Below, one piece after another: positions 11,819 to 25,444 of a stretch of 64,000 nt of DNA. How positions within the stretch are numbered: position 1 is the stretch's first letter; each line of letters begins with the position of its first letter. Under the pieces are notes generated by a model, which was not told the DNA's origin, did not search any database, and worked only from the letters and a program-made list of their open reading frames with translations. Source of the DNA: Hemiscyllium ocellatum (taxonomy: Eukaryota); contig NC_083413.1 in assembly GCF_020745735.1 (NCBI RefSeq), forward strand, positions 92,739,900 to 92,803,899, read 5' to 3'. The position numbers and the translations under genes were made by a program.

Positions 11819-13724
11819 AGCAAAAACTTCCAGCTCGGCGAGCAGAACCACAACAGGATTTACATGTATTTCGAAAGGCAACGACTAATTAGGGATAGTC
11901 AGCATGGTTTTGTGCATAGGAAATCATGTCTTACAAACTTGATTGAGTTTATTGAATAAGTAACAAAGAGAATTAGTGAGGCAGAGCGATGGACGTGATT
12001 CACATGAACCTAAAAATGGCATTCGACAATGTTCCTCATGGGAGGCTGGCTAGCAAGGTTCGATCTCATGGAATACAGGGAGAACTAGCTACCTGGATGC
12101 AAAACTGGCTTGAAGATCGAAGACAGAGGGTGGTGGTGTTGGTGAGTTGATTTTTAGACTGGAGGCCTGTGACCAGTGGTATGCCACAAGGATCGCTGCT
12201 GGGTACACTGCTTTTCATCATTTTGTATGCAAAATTTGAATGTGAACATAGAAGGCGTATGTAGCAATTTTGCGGATGATACCAACATTTTTGGTATAGT
12301 GGACAGTGAAGAAGGTTACCTCAGATTACAACAGGATCTTCACCAGATGGGCCAAATGGCCAAAGGTTGGTAAAAGAGTTTAATTCAGATAAATGCGAGG
12401 TGATGCATTTGGAAAGACTAATCAGGGCTGGACTTACGCACTTCCTGGTAAGGTGCTGGGGAGTGTTATTGATCAAAGAGATCTTGGAGTACAGGTTCAT
12501 AATTACTTGGAAGTGGAGTCTCAGGAAGACAGGATAGAGAAGAGGGATTGAGTATTCTTGCATTTATTGGTCAGAGCATTGAGTATAGGAGTTGGGAGGT
12601 CATGTTGTGACTATACAGGGCACTGTTTAGGCCACTGTTGGAATATTGTGAGCAATTCTGATCTCCTTCCTATCGGAAAGCTGTTGTGGAACTTGAAAGG
12701 GTTCAGAAAAGATTAATAAGGATGTTGCCAGGGTTGGCGGATTTGAGCTATGGGAAAAGGATAAACAGGCTGGGGCTCTTTTCCCTGGAGCGTCGGAGGT
12801 TGAGGGGTGACCATTTAGATGTTTACAAATCATGAGGGTCAAGGATAGAATAAATAGGCAAAGTCTTTTCCCTGGGATCGGGGAATTAGAGGGCATGAGT
12901 TTAGAGTCAGAGAGAAAAGATACAAAAGAGACCTAAGGGGTAACTGTTTTCATACAGAGCGTGTTACATCTATGGAGTGAGCTGCCAGAGGAAGTGGAGG
13001 AGGCTTGTACAATTGCAACATTTAAAATACATCTGGATGTATATATGAATGGGAAGATTTTGAAGGGATATGGGCAGGGTGCTAGCAGCTGGGACTAATT
13101 TAGGTTTGGATATCTGTTCGGCATGGACGGGTTGGGCCGAAGGGTCAATTTCCATACTGTACATCTCTATGACTCTGTGACTCAAGGACTTTAAATTGGT
13201 AAAGCCAAAAGCCAAAATTGTCTTCACTCCTTCGGATAAAGGTACCTGCCATTATCTTCTGAGCAATTCCAAATATACGTTGCTTGTTCTACCTTTTCAA
13301 TACAGTCTTCTCATCTGGTTGTGGCACCATTACTATGACTGAGCTCCAGTTACTGCAACTCACTTTAATTTTTTGTTTTGGAACATGCATTCAAGCTGTC
13401 TTTGAACCAATACCAACTTCTTTTGGAGTAAATCTATAAGGACATTGCTTAATTGGAACAGCATTTCCTATATCTATGTCATGCATAATTAACTTAGTAC
13501 TTCCCAGCTTATTTGCATACATCTCACCACACAATAGTAATAACTCTTTCAGGTCATTTTGATTTACTCGGGAAGGTAACTCAATAATTTATACCAAATT
13601 TTGAGAACGTCCTCATTGTCCATTTTAATATGAGGAAAGTCCAATTCAGAATCCTCTGAACACACTTCATCACTCACTCTGTGTTGCATCCAGTAACACA
13701 TTCTCCTTTTACTTTCCTTCTCGG

Positions 13725-16100
13725 TTGTTATGGAGCAGGCCAGACCCCTCAAAACGTTTCAAGAAGGTAACCCAGACCCAAATTTTACGAGTTGTTTTGA
13801 GAAGGTGTACAGTGGATATTCAAGGAGAGAATAAGCTGATCAAAACATCTCATTTTAAACCAAACAGGATTTGTTTACAAGATTAATGAATGAAACACAA
13901 AGAACAGAAAACAGAATACGGAATAACTTATCCCATCTTAAAACCTGACCGTTTATCTATTCCAAGATACTTGCACAATTCCTATAAACACCCCTTGGCG
14001 CAATAGGTCAAATCAAACACAACTGTGGGCAGCATGGTGGCTCACTGGTTAGCACTGCTGCCTCAAAATGCCAGAGACCTGGATTCAATTCCTGCCTCGG
14101 GAAAAAGTCTGTGTGGAGTTTGCATATTCTGTCCATATCTGCACAAGTTTCCTCCGGGTGCTCTGGTTTCGTCCCACAATCCAAAGATGTGCAAATTAGG
14201 TGAATTGGCCATGCTAAATTGCCCGAAGTGTTAGTTGAATTGGTCAGGGTAAATGTCGGGGTGTGGGTCTGGGTGGGTTGCTCTTCGGAGGGTCGGTTTC
14301 CACATTGTAGGTAATCTAATAATTACCACGGGATAGACGGCTGAGAGAGATTACCAGCATGGACCTGCTTCTTTGGGCCCAGCAGCCTTTCTTCACACTA
14401 CTGCTAAAAAAAAAGACAAACCAGAGAAGCTGAGCTGGGAGAACTGGCCACTCCCCTTTCATTATACAAGTGGTTTTTTTTAACTTGAACACCTTCTCTC
14501 TGAGGCAGTATTCTTAGCCATTATCAAATTCACCCTAACATCCTTCTAAACTGAGACTTTTCTGAACCTGTGTTTTTATGACCTCCAGGGGATAAAAAAA
14601 AATGACAACCTAACCTTGTTAAAGGAACAACTTTGTCACATTATCAAAATACCCATTGTGCACATTCACAGGGCACTGTGTGAGATTTCTTTCTATCTGC
14701 AATCCTTATTAAATAATTCACCTCACTCAACTTACATTCACTTTGATAAGTTCCACTAAATCTTGCTTTTGAAGGTTTCTCTTTCACTGGGAGTAACACT
14801 AAAACTTTATCTCTGTTCACAAAATTGCAAATTTTCGATCTCTTGTCTGCTTCCTGCTTCATCACATGCTGTACTACTTTTAGATGCCATCTAGCCAACT
14901 CCCCCACTCAATTTAATAATTCCCTAAAATTAGAAACACAGTTTAAGTGTGTGGTAGCTGAACTCTGACACTCACTAATTTCTCCTTATTTATTTCCAGT
15001 GATGCTCTCAGCTCATGCCGTAACACTCATTCAAATGAACAGAATGAGGCAGATTCATTTTGTATATCCCTATTGGCAAGATGTTAAAATGGAATTCCTA
15101 TATCCAGTTGGTTGAATTGTCTTGACAATAAGCCCTCAATATGATCTTCTCTAAATTTGCTAATGGGCTTTGAAGTTTGATGCCACCTTTCTAACACTCC
15201 CTGCCATCCTTGTTGGGAAACAGGAGTATTGAATCGTTTTATTCCTATGCTACCCATAACTTCCATGCAAAAAAATGATGTAAAATGTGACCCTTGATCT
15301 GATTGTATCTCTGTGTGTAGTCTTTGTTGAGTTAAACATTGGGGTAACTCTTCTACAATCCTTCTAAGCAGTGGTATTGCACAAACGGAATGGCCTCTGC
15401 AAATCTAATGGACTCATCTATTATTGTTAATAAATGCTGTTTCTCTTTTTTTGTTTTATGTAGGCCTCCTACTCAATCAATTCAGCCTCTTGTAAAAGTT
15501 TCCTCAAATGCAGGGATGGGTATTAAAGGTGTTGGTTTTATTACTGCTTGAGGTTTTCCGGTTGCATGACATGTATGACATTTCTGGCAATTTTGAACTC
15601 CAGCTTTATGCACTCCAGGCCAGTAAAAATGTCTTTGTATTTTGGCGGGAGTGCTTTTCACTCCCATAATGACCCATTAGTAGCTCATGTGCTACCTGCC
15701 TCACCTCCTTTCTATAAGCTCCTGGCAATGAATTTCTCCCACTTTCCCATCTGCCTGAATATGTGTTGGTTTCAATTTCCTCATCAAGACATCATATTTA
15801 AGTTAGTAACATTTGGGAATGCACTCAGATTCTTCTTCTGTGTATACTTTTCAATGCAATTGTTTCAGTTTTTCATCTTCCATTAGTTCTCCATCTGTTC
15901 TTGTTTTGTCTGTGCCATTCAATCAAATATGGTCTCTGATAATTCTGTTTTAACTTGCTAATCTAAATTCTTTGATTTCTTCTCCTGTTTCAACGAGTGA
16001 TTTTGTGACCTTGTTATCTATCCGTTGATGTTTTCCAATTTTTTCATGATTCACATCACAATGATGGTTATTGTATTTATTTAGAACATGAGATCGTCCA
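13725..16100 (-). mobile_element. Gypsy/Ty3 LTR retrotransposon remnant (integrase region plus probable 3' LTR)
   Basis: Minus ORFs MGVKST.AKIQRHFYWPGVHK...CQKCHTC..GKP...LIPIPAFEE (15482-15667, integrase Zn-binding region) and DKVLVLLPV...ARFSG.YQ...SEVNYLI (14644-14907). The TG...CA-bounded LTR of ~13725-14640 is tentative. Confidence 0.75.
14027..14320 (+). mobile_element. HE1-type SINE inserted in the Gypsy LTR
   Basis: GGGCAGCATGGTGGCTCACTGGTTAGCACTGCTGCCTCA head; GTAATCTAAT tail. Confidence 0.9.
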
Positions 16101-16239
16101 TCCACAAGAATGTTGAATTATTGCGCTCTATTAGAATGGTGACTAAATTATTGATTTTAACTGCCCAATTCCAACAGCAGACCTTGTCACAACAACAGTC
16201 TTCACTTCTGACCGAAAAGTCGTTGTTTCGGACAGGACA

Positions 16240-16650
16240 CTTCATAAAAGCCTTATGCATGAAACGTTGACTCTCCTACCTCTTGGATACGCTGCCTGAT
16301 TCGCTGTGCTCTTCCAGCGCCACACTTTGTGACTCTGAGCTGCAGTTCTCTCTTTCTCCTTTGCCCTCGGTTGTCTTGTCTGGTCTGAAGTAATCTGAGA
16401 GGTACAGATACACTTGCAAGGAGTTTTGTGGTGTTGGGACATGCAGAGTGAGGAGTGAAAAGTCTGTTGTATGGAGACTTGCAGGGGTTGCTGGGTCTAA
16501 TTGAGATGTGGGCGGGTGTATCCCAGTTGGAATGCTGAGATTTGGAGGTGACATGACAAATTATTGAGTTTTGTATCCTCTCAAATGGAGAGTCCCTAAA
16601 TAATCCAATAAGTGTGTTTTGGGCATGTCGACAGATTGGAAGCATGTGAC
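16240..16650. mobile_element. Decayed Penelope-like terminal-repeat fragment (family B-like) and adjacent PLE 3' sequence
   Basis: GCATGAAACGTTGACTCTCCTACCTCTTGGATACGCTGCCTGATTCGCTGTGCTCTTCCAGC matches the family-B repeat seen at 39300-39375. Confidence 0.55.
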
Positions 16651-17084
16651 TTGTGAATTTACTTCCTGCATGGTGAGATTCCTACAGCCAGGCAGCTAGT
16701 GATGGACTAAAGGGTCCACTTCCGGAATGACAGCCTTCAACACCGACTATACATGGAGAGAGTCCCTATTGGCTGAGAGAAATGAATGGGAAAATTTCTA
16801 TTGGTTTGACATGATCTCTCAGGCTGACTAGGCATCACTTTAGACGCTAAAACTAAAGGCAATAACTCATAATGACACTCTGTATTTGTTAAAGAGAAAT
16901 TGTTTCTTATGAATCAGTCTTTTCATCAAGCAGCAAAGTTACATTGCATGGAGGCAAGCAATCTGCAATACATCAGAGCACCTTCCAGCTACTGGAGCAT
17001 GCTGGCGGTCTCTAACAAAGAAATTAGTTTCAAGGAAATGTCATGTGCTTCACATGGCCAGAGACACAGAAATGTACATGCACA

Positions 17085-17280
17085 CATACACACGTGCACA
17101 CACAGACACAGACACGCGTGCACACACAGAGACACACACACAGACACAGATATGCACACACCTCCACACAGAGACACACACAGACCCTCACACACACATA
17201 TAACCAAACAAAGACAAACACATACATACACAAACACACGCAGACAGACACACGCGCACGCAGACGTACACACAAACAAT
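17085..17280 (+). repeat. Imperfect (CA)n/(CAGA)n microsatellite
   Basis: Long CACACAGACACA low-complexity tract; source of the spurious ORFs at 16900-17338. Confidence 0.9.
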
Positions 17281-17485
17281 CATAGAACAAAATGACATCT
17301 TGTGTTAAGGATGAGCAAAGCTGCATTTCAATCATCACAGCTTGACTCTTGGGAGGCGATGTGTCAGTGAAATTTGAGAGGTTATGTCTCCACTTTTTTT
17401 TTCAGGTGGGGTGATGAGTGATATTTTGAGGTAAATGGGGAAGCACTAATAATGTCCATAGTTTTCTCAGTGCAACATCCTCTTA

Positions 17486-20400
17486 AACAATAGAAGATAG
17501 GAGCAGTAGGAGGCCATTCAGCACTTTGAGCCTGCTCTGACATTATCATGATCTTGGCTCATCGTCCAACTCAACAACCTCATCCTGCTTACTCCCCTTT
17601 GAACTCATTTGCCTTAAAAGCTATATTGAGCCACATCTTCAATACACTCGATGTTTAGGCATCAACTAAATCCTGTGATAATAAATTCCACAGGCTAATC
17701 ATCTTTGGGTGGAGAAATGTCTCCCTCATTTCTTTCCTGAATGATCCACATCAAATCTTCAGTCTGTGTCCCTTGATTCTAGACACACCCACCGTCAAGA
17801 GCATCCTTCCTGTATCTACCCTGTTTCGTCCTGTCAGAATGAGATCCCCTCCCATTCGTTTAAACTCCTGTGAATACAATCCTAAGCTGGTCAATCTGTC
17901 CTCGTATGTTAGTTCCACCATCCAAGCAAGAACATCCTTCCTCAGAAAAGGGGACCAAAACTGCACACAGTGTTTGAGGTGTGGCCTCACCAAGGCCCTG
18001 TGTAACTGTAACAACATATCCTGCTCCTGTACTTGAAACATCTCACAATGAAGGCCAATATAGCATTTGCCTTCTTTACTTCCTTCTGCACCTGCATGCT
18101 TACCTTCAGCGACTGGTGCACAAGGACATGTGGGTCCTGCAGCACACTCCCCTTTCCCAATTTACAGCCAGGCAGGTAGTAATCCACATTGCTTTTCTCT
18201 CCAAAGTGAATGACTTGACATTTATCCAAAGTAACTGCATCTGCCATTGATTTGCCCGCTCAATCAATCCGATCAGATCATCCCACAGGGTCTCTGCATC
18301 CTCGTCACAGTTCATCCTTCCAACCAACTTGGTATCATCTGCAAGCCTTGAGTTGTTACATTTTATTCCTTCATCAAAAACATTAATATATATTGTTAAT
18401 AGCTCGGGTCCCTGTGGCACCCCACTAGATACTGGCTGCCAATTTGAAACGGACCCCTTCAACCCTATTCTGTTTCCTCTCTGCCGATCAGTTTTCTATC
18501 TATCTCAGTACACTTACCCCAATCCCATGCGCTTTAATACTGTACAGTGATGTCTTAAGTGCGACATTGTCTAACATTTTCTGAAAGCCCAAATATACCT
18601 TATTGACCAGTGCCCCTTTGTCAACTCTGATCGTTACATCTTCACAGAATTCCAATAGATTTGGCAAGCATGATTTCCCCTCCATAAATCCATGCTGACT
18701 CTGTTTGATCTTGCCACGGATTTCTCAATGCTCTGCCATAAAGTACTTGATAAAGGATTTGATAATTTTCCCCACTACTGATCTGAAGCTTACTGGCCTA
18801 TAATTAGCTGGTTTCTCTGTACCTCTCTTTCTGAATGTTGGAGTGGCAGTAGCTGCCCTCCAATCTGCAAGGACTGTACCAAAATCTAAAGAATCCTGAC
18901 AAACAAAGCATCCACTATTTCTAGAAACATTTCCTTAAGTATTCTGGAAGGTGGATTTATCAGGACCTGCGGATTTATCGGGTTCATTCCCCTCAATTTC
19001 CCAGCAGCATTTCTCTATTAATATTGATCTCCCTCAGTTCTTCCCTCTCTCTAAATTTTGCATTCTCCAGGATTTCTGGTACTTGATTTGTATCTTCGAG
19101 TCAGAGAGTCCTACAGCACGGAGAGAGGTCGTTTAGCCCAAACTGGTCCATACTGACCAAAATGCCCCCCCCCCATGCTAACCCAATTTCCCTGCATTTG
19201 ATCCACATCCTTCTAACCCTTTCCTATCCATGTATTTGTCAAAATGCCTTTAAATGTTGTTAACGTATCCACCTCAACCACTTCTGCGTGCAGCGCATTG
19301 CATACGCGTGCCAGCCTCTGTGTAATCAAATTGCCCTTCACGTTCCCATTTATACTTGTCCCCTCTAACCTTAAGCTATTGCCATCTAATCCTTGATTCC
19401 CCAACCCTGGCAAAAAAGACTGAGTGTGTGCCTCTCATAATTTTGTACAGTTCTATAAGATCCCCTCTCAGTCTCCTAGACTGCCGAGAAAAGAAGTTCC
19501 ATCTTGTTCAGCCTCTCCTTATAACTCAGATCATTGAGTCCTAACAACATCCTGATAAATGTCTTCTGCACTCTTTCCAGTTTAATAGTTTAATAACATC
19601 CTTCCTCGAGCAAGGTGACCAAAACTGAACACATGCTCCAACTGCAGCCTCACCAACCTCCTGTCAAACTGTCCTTTATGGTGAAGACAGAACTAAAGTA
19701 TGTATTCAGTTGTTTAGCTGTTTCTCTGTCCTTTGTTATACATTTCCCCATTTCCATCTCTAGGGACCTAAATTTGCCTTCACCAATGTCTTTCTCTTCA
19801 CATACTGTAGAACCTTGTAGCGTCAGTCTTCATGTTCCCAGCAAGCTTACTTTCTTTTGTACTGTGTTTTCCCCATCTTAATCAATCCCTTGGTCCTTCT
19901 TTGCTGAATTCGAAACTGCTCTCAAACATCAGACCTATTATTTTTCTTAGCCAATCTCTATGCTTCTTCCTTCAATTGGATACTATCTACTTTCCTTTAT
20001 ATGCCATGGATTGGCCCTTTACCCATTTTGCTTTTGTACCAGACAGGAATAAATAGTTGTTGCAGTTCCCCTATGATTTCCTTGAATATTTGCCAATGCC
20101 TATCTACTGTCATACCTTTAAGCAACTTCCATTAATCTATCAACGCTAACTTATGCCTTATATATCTTCATAGTTTCCTTTATTGAAATTCAGCACCCTA
20201 GTCTCTAAATCAGCTAGCTCACTCTCCATCTTCATAAAAAAGTTGTATCATGTCATGGTCACTCATCCCCAAGGAGTCTCACGCAGCTAGATTGGCAATG
20301 CTTCTCTTCTCATTACACAGTATCCAGTCTAGGATAGCCTGCTCTCTAGTTGGTTTATCCACATGTTGGTTAAGAAAACCATGTCATATGTACGCAGGAA

Positions 20401-20620
20401 TTCCCCCTCGTAGACATTTTGGCTAATTTGATTTGTCCAATCTAGATGCAGATTAAAATCACCCATGATCACCGATATCTTCATATTACATACGTGGCTA
20501 ATTTCCTGTTACTGCTATTCCAACATGACCACTGCAATCTGGAAGTCTGTGTATGACACCCACTAGTGTTTTTGTCCCTTGGTATTTCACAGCTTTACCC
20601 ACACAGACTCCGTATTGTCG
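17486..20620 (-). mobile_element. Tandem CR1-type LINE fragments
   Basis: LLQLHRALVRPHLKHCVQFWSP (17751-18041), GKSCLPNLLEFCEDVT.RVDKG (18500-18685) and RLADDTKLVG (18106-18462); further 3' and endonuclease-region pieces from 19100 to 20620. Confidence 0.8.
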
Positions 20621-20899
20621 AAGCTAATGTCCTAAAAAGAGATCAATAAAAATTTGTGACCAGGAATTGAGATATTTTTGCTCAAATATTGATCTTGGTT
20701 TGATGCTAACTAGCTTTGTCGACTTTCAATGGGTTGCTTCGTAAAATCTGGGAGCGCCAGCAAGAGGTGATGAGCTAGAACAGTGGTGGAATTGTTTTCT
20801 CAATAGATGAACATCAGATACATTTTGTTGAGATTTTCACAGTAGATGCAATGACAGCGCTGCTCCAGCAGGTGGAAGTGAGGGCTGATAGTGGATTCT

Positions 20900-23630
20900 T
20901 CAACCAACACCTTCACTCAAAAAATGTTAAGGCACAAAAAAGGTTGACTGAGGCTAATTAGTTTAACATCATTTATTGAAAAAATAGTGGAGTCTTTAAA
21001 AAAGGATGTTACAGCAGAACACTGAGAATAGCTTTACAAAATGGAAATCTTGCCAGATAAATGTATTGGAATTCCTTGAGAAAATGGAGGAAACAGTGAT
21101 TGTAATATGTTTTGATTTTCTTAAGGTGTTTGATAGCAGCAATGCATAAGATTACTGAATAAGATAGGAACCATTGGCTTTTGAGATACTGTATAACATG
21201 AGGAGAGGATTTTGAAATCCCAATCCGAAAAGTTTGATTAAGTGTTTTATTTTACAGGATGTCAATCTGTGGAGTACCACATAAATCTGTTCTGGGGACG
21301 CAGAAATTTACAAAATATTTTGATGATTTTGATGAGGAAAGTAAATATATTGTAGGGAAATTTTTGGATGACACGCAAATTGGAGAGGAGGCAAGTGGTG
21401 AGTATGACACAAAAAGATGTTTTCGGAAGGATACAGATAGGACACGAGAGTGAACAAGGAGCTTTGCATAATAATGTAATGTGGATGAAATAAATGAGAA
21501 CAGACACAAACTGTGAAATTATGAATTTTAACGGGCAAAATAGAGAGGCTGAGTATTATTGACATAGAGATTGAATTCAGAAATCTACAGGGAGACTGCA
21601 TCTCCGAACCACCAAAAAATAGCTTTTAAATTTCAACTGTCAGTAAGGATGACAAATGTCATGTTGGGGTTTGTTTAAAAACAAATGGAATATTGAGAGT
21701 AGGGACAGTCAGATAGAGCAGTGAATGTGTGGTTGAGGAGCTGCTGCAGGGGTTAGGATTCCCATTTTTCAATCATTGGGATCTCTTCAGGGATAGAAAT
21801 GACCTGTATAAGAGGGTCCTGAATTGGAAGGGGACCAATATTCTTGTGGGGAAATTTGCTAGCAGTACGTTGAAAGTTTTAAACTAATAAGGGAGGTGGT
21901 GGGAACCAACAAGATAGTGAGATAAGAGAAATGTTTGAGGTGAGATGAGGTCAGCAGTTCTAAGAGTCAAGGCAGACAACAGTTTGGCAAGAACGAGGTA
22001 AGACTGCGAAACTGCATTTACTTTGATGCAAAGGCCTGACATGTGAGACAGATGAACATGGGGCATAGATGGGAATGTGGGACAAGGATATCATTACCAT
22101 TACAGAAACGTGGCTCAGGGATGAACAGGACTGGTAGCTTAATGTTCCAGGATATAGATACGATCGAATGTATGGGCAGGGCAGCAAGAGAGGAGGAGGA
22201 GTGGTGTTTTTAGTTAGTCAGAACATTATGGCTGGATGTAAAGAGGATATTCCTTGGAGATTGCCCAGTGAAGTTATATGGATGAAACTTAAATATAAGA
22301 AAGAGGTGATCACCTTGCTGGGATTGTAAAATGGGCCTCCTAATAATCAGTGGGAATTTCACAAGCGAATATGAAAGGACGTCTCAGCTATCTGTAAGAA
22401 AAAAAAGGATAATGGCAGGGAATTTAACTTTCCAAACAGAGTTTGGGATAGTGTTAAGATCTTGGAATGGGGAGAAATCAGTTAAGTGTGAACAAGAAAA
22501 CTTTGTTATTTAATCAGTGGATGCACCTACTAGAGAGTGCGTAATACTTGATCTTCTGTTGGGAACCAAGGCATGGCAAGTGACTGAGGGGCACGCTTCA
22601 GGGAAAGTGATCATAATTCTATTTGTTTAATAATAATGGTAGGAAATGATAGAATTTATTTTTAAAAAATGAAAGTTCCATATTGGAGTGTGGCCAGTTT
22701 CAATGGTATTAGACTTTGAGAAGTTGGTTGGGGGAGGTTATTCACAGGTAAAGGGGCTGTTGACAAGTGGGAGGCCTTTAAGAATGAGATAATGAGAGTT
22801 CAGTGATGGTATGTTCCTATTTGTGTGAAAGGCAAGGCATGGGAAAAGCTCGATGACAAGGAAAATTGATACTCCTGTCCAGAAAACGGACGAGACAAAC
22901 ATCAGATATAGACAGCTGGGATCAAGTGAATACTGAGAAGGGTATAAGGACAGTAGGAGTGTACTTAAACAGGAAATCATGAGGGCACAAGGGGGACATG
23001 ACATTGTATTGGCAAATAGAATTAAGAAGAATCCAAAACGATTCTAAAATTAAGTTAAGTTTAAAAGATTAACTAAGGAGAGAATTCAGCCCTTTAAAGA
23101 TCAACATTGCTTTCTTTGTGTGGACACACAGGAGATGGCTGAGAAAATAAGGAAATAGTTTGCATCAATATTTACAGGAGATAGGAGCATGGAAGCTAAA
23201 CAGCTTAGGAAATAAATAATGAGATCTTAAAAAGAGTTAATCTTAAAGAAGAGGAGATGTTGGGAATCTTAAAGCAGACGAATGGAAATAAATCCAGGAG
23301 ACCTGATTAGGTATTTCCCAGAACTTTGTGGGAAGCTAGGGAAGAGATTCCTTGACCCCTTGCTGAGATATTTGTATCGTTAATAATCATAGATGAGATG
23401 CCAGAAGACTGGAGAGTGACTAATGTGGCGGCATTATTGAAGAAAGTTGTATGGAAAAGCCAGGCATCCATAAACTGGTGTGCCTTTCACGCCAGAGATG
23501 CTGCCAGTCCTTCTGAGCATTTCCAGCAATTTCTGTTTTTGTTTCTGATACACAGCATCCACGGTTCTTTCAGTTTTTATTTAGTAGTCAGAGAGCATTA
23601 CATTTTGGATTGGAGGCCTGTTAGAACATA
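20900..23630 (+). mobile_element. CR1-type LINE fragments (RT piece, then ORF1 end/ORF2 start)
   Basis: GVPHKSVLG...KFLDDTQIG (21259-21453); esterase-like GATCATTGG...GGGACCAAT region near 21770-21840; MPEDWRVTNVAALLKK (23398). Confidence 0.75.
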
Positions 23631-25140
23631 ACAACATTCGAACATAAGAAATACGATCAGGAGTAGGCCATCTGACCCCATAAGTCATCTCTGCCTTTCA
23701 ATAACATCATGTGTCATATTTCCATGGACTGAGGCTCACCGTAACCCATCATTCCTTTACTGTTTAAAAATCTATCTTCACCTTTAACAGGTTAGCTTCA
23801 GCTGCTTCACTAGTCAGGGAATTCCACAGATTCACAACCCTTTGGGTGAAGAATTTCATTCCCAACTCAGTCCTAAATCTGCTGCCCTTATTTTGAGGCA
23901 ATGCCCTGTAGTGCTAATTTCACCCACCAGTGGAAACAATCTCCTTGCTTCTGTCTTATCTATCCTATTTAAAGTTTTACAATCCCACTCGCCCATCCTT
24001 CTAAATTCCAATGAGTATAATCCCAGTCTGCTCAATCTCTCCTCATAAATCAACCGCCTCATTTCCAGAATAAACATGGTCAACCTCCTCAGCAAACCCC
24101 ATCCCAGGGCCATCTCATGTAAGGAGATGAAAAGTGTACAGAGTACGCCAGGCGTGCCCACACCGGCGCCCTATACAACTGCAGCAGAAAGTCCTAATTT
24201 TAAACTCGATCCACTGGCAATGAAGGAAATTATTCCATTTGTCTTCCTAATTAGCTAATGTACTTGCAAACCATACTTTTGTGTTTCATGCACAAGAACA
24301 CCAAGGTCCCCCTGCACAGCAGCATTCTGTAAATTTTCACCATTTTAAAGTAGTCCACTTTGTTTCTATTCCTACCAAAATGGATGACCTCATGTTTACT
24401 AACATTGTACTCCATCTGCCAGACCATTGCCCACTCCCTTAACCTGTCTATATCTTTCTGCACATTTTGCTCTATCACTCATTTAAGTGTCTTCTGCGGA
24501 ATACAACACTTTACACACGGGTCTCTAACTCAAAGTAACATATCTGAATTGTAAACAATTGCAGTCCTAACATTGATCCCTGAGACACATCACTAGCCAC
24601 TGATTGCCAACCAGAAAAAAACACCCATTTATCCCCAATTTTTGCATTCTGTTAGTTAGTCAACCTTCTGTCCATGCTAATGCATTGCGCATACATTGCT
24701 CATCTTTATCTTACGCAGCAGCCTTTTGTGGAGTACCTTGCTCAATGCCTTTTGGAAATCCAGATACGCCACGTTCACCAGTTCCCATTGTCTACCACAC
24801 TCATTAGAAACAGGCCCTTCGGCGCAACAAGTCCACACCGACCCGCCGAAGCGCAACCCACCCATACCCCTACATTTACTCCTTACCGAACACTACGGGC
24901 TATTTAGCATGGCCAATTCACCTGACCCGCACATCTTTGGACTGTGGGAGGAAACCGGAGCACCCGGAGGAAACCCACGCAGACACGAAGAGAACGTGCA
25001 AGCTCCACACAGTCAGTCGCCTGAGTCGGGAATTGAACACGGGTCTCAGGCGCTGTGAGGCAGCAGTGCTAACCACTGTGCCACCGTGCCGCCAAATAAA
25101 TCCAATAAATCAGTTAAACATGACCTGCTTTTCATGAACC
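23630..25140 (-). mobile_element. CR1-type LINE 3' fragment interrupted by an HE1 SINE
   Basis: QKDIDRLREWAMVWQMEYNVSKHEVIHFG (24251-24478); VNVAYLDFQKALSKVLHKRLLRKIK (24677-24865); AGAACATAAGAAAT-type tail at ~23625-23655. Confidence 0.8.
24803..25093 (-). mobile_element. HE1-type SINE
   Basis: Near-identical to the 1629-1926 copy. Confidence 0.9.
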
Positions 25141-25444
25141 TATGTTTTATTAAATAAATGTGAGGTGTTGCATTTTTGTAAGGCAAACCAAGGCAGAACT
25201 TATCCAATTAATGACTGGGCCTTGGGTAGTAATGCTGAGCAAAGAAACCAAAGTGTGCAGATGCATCATTCCTTGAAAGTGGAGTTGTAGGTATATAGGG
25301 TAGGAAAGGTGGTGTTTGGCATGCTTTCCTTCATTTGTCATAACATTAAGTGGAGGAATCAAGATGTCACGTCTTAGCTGAACAGAAAACTTGTGAGGCC
25401 ACGTTTAGACAAATCTGGCTGACCAGTTCTATGAAGGATTTTGT

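Larger units (their letters stand above)
10872..11854 (+). mobile_element. Penelope-like element family A, 5'-truncated, with a 9-bp TSD
   Basis: TSD AGGATTTAC at 10863-10871 and 11855-11863. Contains the 302-aa open frame and ends in a hammerhead-bearing terminal repeat. Confidence 0.9.
7750..13190 (+). mobile_element. Long decayed CR1-type LINE (ORF1 esterase-like region plus ORF2), split by two Penelope-like insertions
   Basis: ORF1 SGNH-like pieces IVRGDSLVRDTDRCFCG and VIVHIGTND (8083-8405) continue after the insertion as DHWKPF...DLYKKDGLQLNWKGTN (9590-9720). ORF2 pieces include ANVVPLFKK.DKDRPGYYSPVSLTS (10674-10874) and NFADDTNIFG (12176-12373). 3' tail CTCTATGACTCTGTGACTC at ~13165-13185. 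Confidence 0.85.

Noticed and set aside
16900-17338. His/Thr-rich and Cys/Val-rich ORFs
   Set aside because: Translations of a CA microsatellite.
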